Shown: positions 58,041 through 64,000 of the stretch, one piece after another
How the letters are laid out: each line of letters opens with the position of its first letter
How positions within the stretch are numbered: the stretch's first letter is position 1
Assembly (NCBI RefSeq): GCF_022045235.1
Contig: NW_027266277.1
Coordinates: forward strand, 5,456,001 to 5,520,000
DNA from: Haliotis cracherodii
Lineage: Eukaryota
DNA: 64,000 nt
Direction of reading: 5' to 3'
Translations under genes and position numbers: made by a program
The notes under the pieces: generated by a model
What the model saw: only the letters and a program-made list of their open reading frames with translations
What the model was told of the DNA's origin: nothing
Database searches by the model: none

Positions 58041-59724
58041 AAAGAACCGATCTCCTGATGACATCCCGTGGATATAGCGGGTAATGAGGCGATATTATAC
58101 GTCATAGTGTCAGCAATATATATACATTGATGTACTTGAATTTTGAATTGTTTGCCTGTGGATGGTTTAAACGCTCACAGTTACAGGGTGAATTTAGTTA
58201 GGGCACTGCACCTTGCGAACTGTGTTAAACTGTAGTTCCACGCGTATCAAATTGTATCTAATGACATATATCAAACAACAGGCAACTCTGTGGATAGTTG
58301 ATGACATATTATGACATAATTGTCCAGTCGGCCCGAAACTCATAAATCTGCCACAGATGTCTCCTAGGCGGCATGGATGAAGGGGGCTTAAACTAGTCAC
58401 GTGTTAAACGGCAGTCATGATTCCAAATACAGTTATATCGCCAGGGGTAGTCTCTGCACATTGTATTTGATAGGGAAAGTGGGAGGGGCAGCAGTAGAGT
58501 CTCTGTGTGTGTGTGTGGGGGGGGGGGGGGGGGGGGGGGGGGAATGAAAGTGAAAGTTGCAGCACTAATTAAGTCAGACTGTCGCCTCCCTGCCTTAGGC
58601 AAAATGGATGTAGACGTGTACACACTACGTACGTACTACGCACACTTGCCTCCAGACATGTTCCATGAAAATACTGTCTTTTGTTTCACAATCCCTCCAT
58701 TGTTATGAGTTTATTTCCATCATGGTCGGTGACGATATCGAAACTAATAACATACATTCTCGTTTGAGCAAGGATCTGTGTAGTAAAAGATGAGAGTTTA
58801 TTTAGACAATTAGAAACGTATCGCTGTAGTGTTGCAAGCATATCACTAAATGTGTTGTTAGTAATAATTGAACCAGAGACCATAAAATAAAGTGTCAGCC
58901 AATTTTCTCTCATCAGAAACTGATATCAATTCGAGTAATATCTAGGATATCCATGCATATGAAACTCAGAAATAACTTTATGTATGTTTCTTGATAGAAC
59001 AATACGTATTGGGTATATGCATTACTGTATAATATAATATACTGCAAACTTTTTAACACATCACATCTGACCAGAAGAACTTAGTTTCAATACGACGCAC
59101 AGTCCCAGTTTATAAATGTGTCGAAGAAGTTCATTCTCATAATAATGCACTCAATGATTTTACGCTCAAAAACATTCAAAACAATTGAATACAATGCAAT
59201 GTTATTTTCCGGCGAAGATCTGAAGTTTAACTGCCACAGAATTGACTTCCTTCTGCATGTCTGCACGTGGGAAAATGGGCGTGGCATGTTTTAACGGAGC
59301 GGAGGCCGAATACGTGGTACATGACTGAGATAGGTTCTTACACATGTTAATTTATACATACTGTCAAGACGACAGTGAAAATTTCACACGATTTAAGATT
59401 TTAGATTTTTTTAGTGTCATTCTCAAATGTCCAGTCGTGCTATTTTGATAAGAGTTTTGCGTCAAAGTGACCTACTACATGTATGAATATGAACTTTGAA
59501 CCCATGTCATTCATTTGTTTATGATGATAAAATAGTGCGCCGATCAGAATAAAATATGGATGATGTCATTTGGTCACGCTTCATTATCACAACACATTGC
59601 ATTGTTTGTGTGTGGAACAACTGACACTATTAGATAATTCTAAATGAACAGCCTACTTCTCATGCGTGTCAGTGACGCCACTTGCTGCGCTAATATGAAA
59701 GCTTAGTTGCGATTCGTTGAAAAT

Positions 59725-60008
59725 ACCGGAAGTACAGGTGCCCGATGAGAACCGACCAATCAAAACAACTGTCTGATGGTGTATCAGTCGGCGTATGAAT
59801 ACCTCCGCAGGTCACATAAGGCATAGATCCTCTCTCTACGTGGTTGGTAAGTGTGGCATCAGTCTGTAAGAATTCCTCGCGAAATGGTTTTCTGAGGCTT
59901 CAAGTAATTATCTCATTTGGTAATTTCAGATTAAAACGCAGCCACATTGGAGCCAGACGAAGGTTACCCTAAACACTAGGACGGATAAACGGACGCAGTA
60001 CGGTAAGA
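59725..60008 (+). promoter_or_regulatory. Putative vigilin promoter and non-coding 5' exons
   Basis: ETS ACCGGAAGT at 59725, CCAAT at 59756, pyrimidine initiator CCTCTCTCT at 59829, donor GTAAGT at 59847, acceptor TTTCAG at 59929, donor GTAAGA at 60003. Confidence 0.5.
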
Positions 60009-61563
60009 AAGCTCTAACAAATGCGACACGTCGACCCGTCTGTCAAGATGGGTGCAAAGTGTTTACGTGGACAAGGACATCGGACACATTTTGCCATATT
60101 TTCACTAATCCACCAAAATATCAAGCAGCCTGTCTCTTATTTACAGTCAGATCGTATTTATGGTTGAACTACAGTGCTGTTTGATAGCAATGCGGTTCAA
60201 TTATTCATGAGTTTGTTTCGTGGGCATACGTGTCAGGTACGGGGGTATATCAATATAGGCTAAGCTTTGGTTGGAAAAGCCGGTAGGTGATGGTATGCGT
60301 GTACTCAAGCTAAAGCTTTTCAGTCCACAACTCTATATACTTAAAACAGAACTGACATTTTCATACCTTGTTACAACATATGTTGGGTTTAATTTTTTAC
60401 CCGTTCTGCACCGAAACTACAGGTTGACGAATGGCTTGTAATGCATACTGATACACATCATTCTTTGGTTATCGGTCCCTGTCGTTCACTTGTTGAACTC
60501 CAGATCACGTGAATCCCACAGAACATGTCATAGTAAATCAGATTCCTGATAGTATAGGTTACACTAATTTTACTAGAGGAATGTAAAATTTGAGGGAAAG
60601 GTGTACTTTAGCGTTCAATATTTGTTAGTGATCTTTATGCTTACCAGATTTTGTTTTATCGAACTGAAAAGTATGTCGTGTGAACACATACTTTTTAAGT
60701 ATGGATATCAAAATCAAAGATACTCAAATGCCTATTGACAGCACAAGGAATATATTGTACCAAGTCTTTTAAGGCAGTGGCATGCATATGTAACTTCAAC
60801 ACGTACAAGGGAAATGTCAAGCCCAAAGACATCTTTCTGGTGTATCGACCAATCATTTGTATAAAATCATTCTTTAAAGTAGTTTTAACTACAATTTATC
60901 AGGGAAATACTGAAACTAATTTGTTCCAGTCAACATGGGAAATAACATGTAGTGGGCAAGTTACCCGGAGTTTGACCAGAATTATTTAATTTCTTCTCCA
61001 ATCCTGTATGCTTGTGGCCTTACATATTAGCAGCCAAGACATTTACCTGAAAGTTGTTAGTCTGAATAGTGATTAAAATATATGGACACCTATGTTATTA
61101 CAGCTTTGCAGGGGTGACATGCATTGCAGAACCTGACCAATGAACAAAAACAGACTTCAATAGTTTTACGTGTTTGTATTAATTGAACTGATAAAATACC
61201 CATGAATTTAAGAAATTACAGGTTTTAAAGAACAAACTTTTGGATATTTTAAACTACAGCTAGTGTTGGGTCTAGATAAATCCATGATAATTCATCTGAG
61301 TGCATCTGTAATGTGTCCATGTTTGTCTGTTTTCCCAAAAATATTAGCATTTTCATAATATTACTATTTATCACATTTCAACGTTCTTTTATTCTCATAT
61401 TTTTATTATCGTATTGGTCTAATGCCAATTGTTTGCTGTCATTGAGCATCAAACAGACAAAGATGTTTACTTTGATATGTTGTCATTTGGTTGAGCCATT
61501 GTTTTGTACTTGCAGCAAGTACTGTACGACTCGGCTCTGTCTACTGACTACTGAGTATAGAAC

Positions 61564-63952
61564 ATGGCAACGAACTCTGAGGCGGTGCCGAATGTGGAGG
61601 ATGAGGCCTTTGAGCCTCCAACTTACGATGAGGCCTTCCCAGCCCTCAAGGCGGAAGTGCGTGAACCAACTCCTATCACTGATGACTTTACATGGCAGCC
61701 CAAGTTTCTGAACCGATCTAAATGTACTCAGGTGGGTGACGTTTTCCAATAGCTTGTTACTCAATAAGGCACCAATCATTGACACACTGGGAAAATATCA
61801 GTCATTAGTTGGAGTGAATGTAACCATTGGTAATACTCAAGTCAAACTTTTCTTCGAGAGAATGGAAACATTTACCACTATTTCTGAGGCATTCCTGTTT
61901 TTCGTAGACTTCAAACAAAAAGCTGATAAACATGATAAGGTATTCAAAATAAGTAAACTCCTTTTTGAAGGAGCAAGTCTTTTTTCATTGATGTTCAGGG
62001 ATGTGCCACTTTTTGACAAATGTCTTCAACATGTGTTTGATTACCACCTAGCAGGGAATGTGTGATGTGTTGTGCAGGTCTTCACAGTACCCCTAGAAGA
62101 AAGAAGGTTCAAGGAGATGAAGGAGACTCAGTTTGGAGAAGAGAGTGAACAAGCCAAGATCTGCAAGGAAATCATGAATAAAACTGGTAAGGACATTCTG
62201 TTGTAGATTAAAACATGCTTTAGGATGCTCATTGAAATGGATATTTTTTTACACAATTATGGAATATATAAGCTTTACCCTGCTTTCTAGTTGGAGACAG
62301 AATGTGACCTAATAAAGCTTTATTTCAGATGTCTCAATTGAAATCAGCTTGGCCAAGGACCAAAGTTTGACAGTAGTGATTCATGGCAAGGCACAGGATG
62401 TGATCAAGGCAAGGCGTGAAGTTCTTACAAGGCTGCAGACTCAGGTGGGATATACAATGATGCCCAAGCATTCAACAACACAAGAATTAGTATGTGCGGC
62501 CACGCACACATGCATGCACAAGGCTATATAGCTGCAATAGTTTGAAAGCAATGTTGGGTCCCACCTTGTCACGCTTGATTTGTCCACTGTTGACTTGTTT
62601 GTTGAATTTCCTATCATTGTACTTCTTATTTTCAGGCCAACATTCAAATCAAGATTCCCCGTGAACACCACCGATTCCTCTTGGGCAAGAGTGGCAAGAA
62701 ACTGCAAGACCTTGAACTTGCAACAGCTACTAAGATCTACCTGCCTCGTGCTGACGAGAACTCGGACATCGTTCGTATTGTTGGAACTAAGGATGGTATC
62801 GACAAGGCCCGACATGAGATTCAGATCATTTCCGACGAACAGGTGAGATTCTAGCTTTGTGCTTCACTATACATTGCAGGTGATGCTAGCACTATAATTG
62901 ATCATCAAACCTCGCTTCACATCAGATGTAGCCAAGTGTATGAAGTAGACTTGCCAGGTGTAGTGATGTTACAATTGTGACGTTGGCCACCCTTGAGTCT
63001 GTGGGAGTCGGGGCGGGTGTCCAGACATGTCCTTGCTCCTTGTAGTGGTCATCTTCCAGAGGCAAGAGAGTTAACTGACTTTAAAAGTCCAGTTTCCACC
63101 CTTGCCGAACTAGGCTGGAATTACTGGGCTCAATCGTAGCGCCACCAGTGGCTATTAACAGTTATGTCCCTTTTAAGCCTGTCCTATGGACCAATCAGAT
63201 TCCATCGCTTAAGTTTGCTTCACACAAAATGTTGGCGCCCAGTCAGGACGATCTGATAGATAATCAAGATCTATATTGTGATAAAACGGGTCTTACATCG
63301 CGAAATGCATCAAATCACGAAAGCATGAAAAGATTCGGAAAATATCTGCTGACAGCAGGTTGACGGTGCACATGCTTTGCAAATCCTGCAATCGATTGAA
63401 ATCTGCATGACAGTTTACGAACCGGATTTCGATTTTGGTGCACAATTTTGATTGGACTATGCAAAGACTCGTTAGTCCAGCCAAAATGTAACTCCATAAT
63501 ACCAGCCTAGTTCGGCAAGGGTGGAAACTGGACTTAAGCAGTCAGTTAACTCTCTGCCACGGGAAGATGTGTGGTGGTGGACCCAGTAGTTTACTACTTG
63601 CTTATGTTGGCACCAGGAAGTAGGCACAGGTGATTTTATACTGATGGGGATTGTTTCTCACACTACTGATTTTCATTTCACGAATAAACTCATCCATGAC
63701 AGAAGTAGTGATTTTTATTTTAAATTTTACTTTCAGGCTAAGCTGGCGTTCGAGCGTCTCCCAGTACCGAAGGTGTTCCATCCATTTGTTTGTGGCCCCA
63801 ACAACTCGAATATCAAACAGTTGATGGAGGAGACTGGTGCAAAGATCAATGTGCCCCCACCCAGTGTGATGAAGGATGAGATCGTTGTGTCTGGAGAGAA
63901 GGAAGGGGTGATGAAGTGCAAGGCTACTATCATGCAGATCTGTGAGGAAAAG
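61564..63952 (+). CDS. HDLBP: Vigilin (HDL-binding protein, multi-KH RNA-binding protein), N-terminal coding exons; gene continues beyond the window
   Basis: Exons 61564-61731, 62078-62186, 62329-62444, 62636-62842 and 63737-63952. Protein: PPTYDEAFPAL..TQVFTVPLEERRF..FGE..QAKICKEIM..IEISLAKDQSL..LQTQA..IPREHHRFLLGKSGKKLQDLELATATKI..ISDEQAKLAFERL..FHPFVCGP..TGAKINVPPPSV..SGEKEGV. Confidence 0.95.
63050..63569. mobile_element. MITE with about 69-bp TIRs in a vigilin intron
   Basis: CATCTTCCAGAGGCAAGAGAGTTAACTGAC..AGTCCAGTTTCCACCCTTGCCGAACTAGGCTGG / CCAGCCTAGTTCGGCAAGGGTGGAAACTGGACT..GTCAGTTAACTCTCTGCCACGGGAAGATG. Flanks AGTGGT / TGTGGT are a possible 6-bp TSD. Confidence 0.85.
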
Positions 63953-64000
63953 GTAGGCATCTCTTCACATTGTAGTACCCTTTTGTGCCAAACTCTACAA

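Noticed and set aside
59087-59287. Possible divergent gene head-to-head with vigilin
   Set aside because: It is a short ORF with no recognisable motif or supported splice structure.

Overview
This is eukaryotic, intron-containing, repeat-rich DNA. It is most likely a gastropod: the SINEs resemble abalone (Haliotis) HaSE-type families, recognised from memory rather than by search. The main content is a tandem cluster of five two-exon type-B carboxylesterase (carboxyl/cholinesterase family) paralogues, labelled here CES-A to CES-E. CES-A is a pseudogene (5.3-7.6 kb) and CES-B is secreted (12.5-14.9 kb). CES-C and CES-D are type-I membrane-anchored (32.7-34.7 and 36.8-39.0 kb). CES-E is inverted and has an in-frame TAA in exon 2 (42.8-44.9 kb). 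The window also holds a 4-exon PLAC8/cornifelin-like gene that the ORF track largely misses (23.1-26.3 kb), the 5' part of vigilin/HDLBP (59.8-64 kb), six minisatellites, four Tc1-like DD34E elements, LINE remnants, SINEs and MITEs. Three patterns stand out. (i) The paralogues look mosaic, as expected from gene conversion: the catalytic core is homogenised, even between inverted and otherwise distant copies, while the adjacent putative specificity region diverges. (ii) All five esterase copies have a tandem array about 0.45-1.05 kb upstream of the ATG. (iii) Two of these arrays are 38-bp units carrying many CRE (TGACGTCA) motifs. All comparisons were made by eye. No CRISPR array or prokaryotic system was found.
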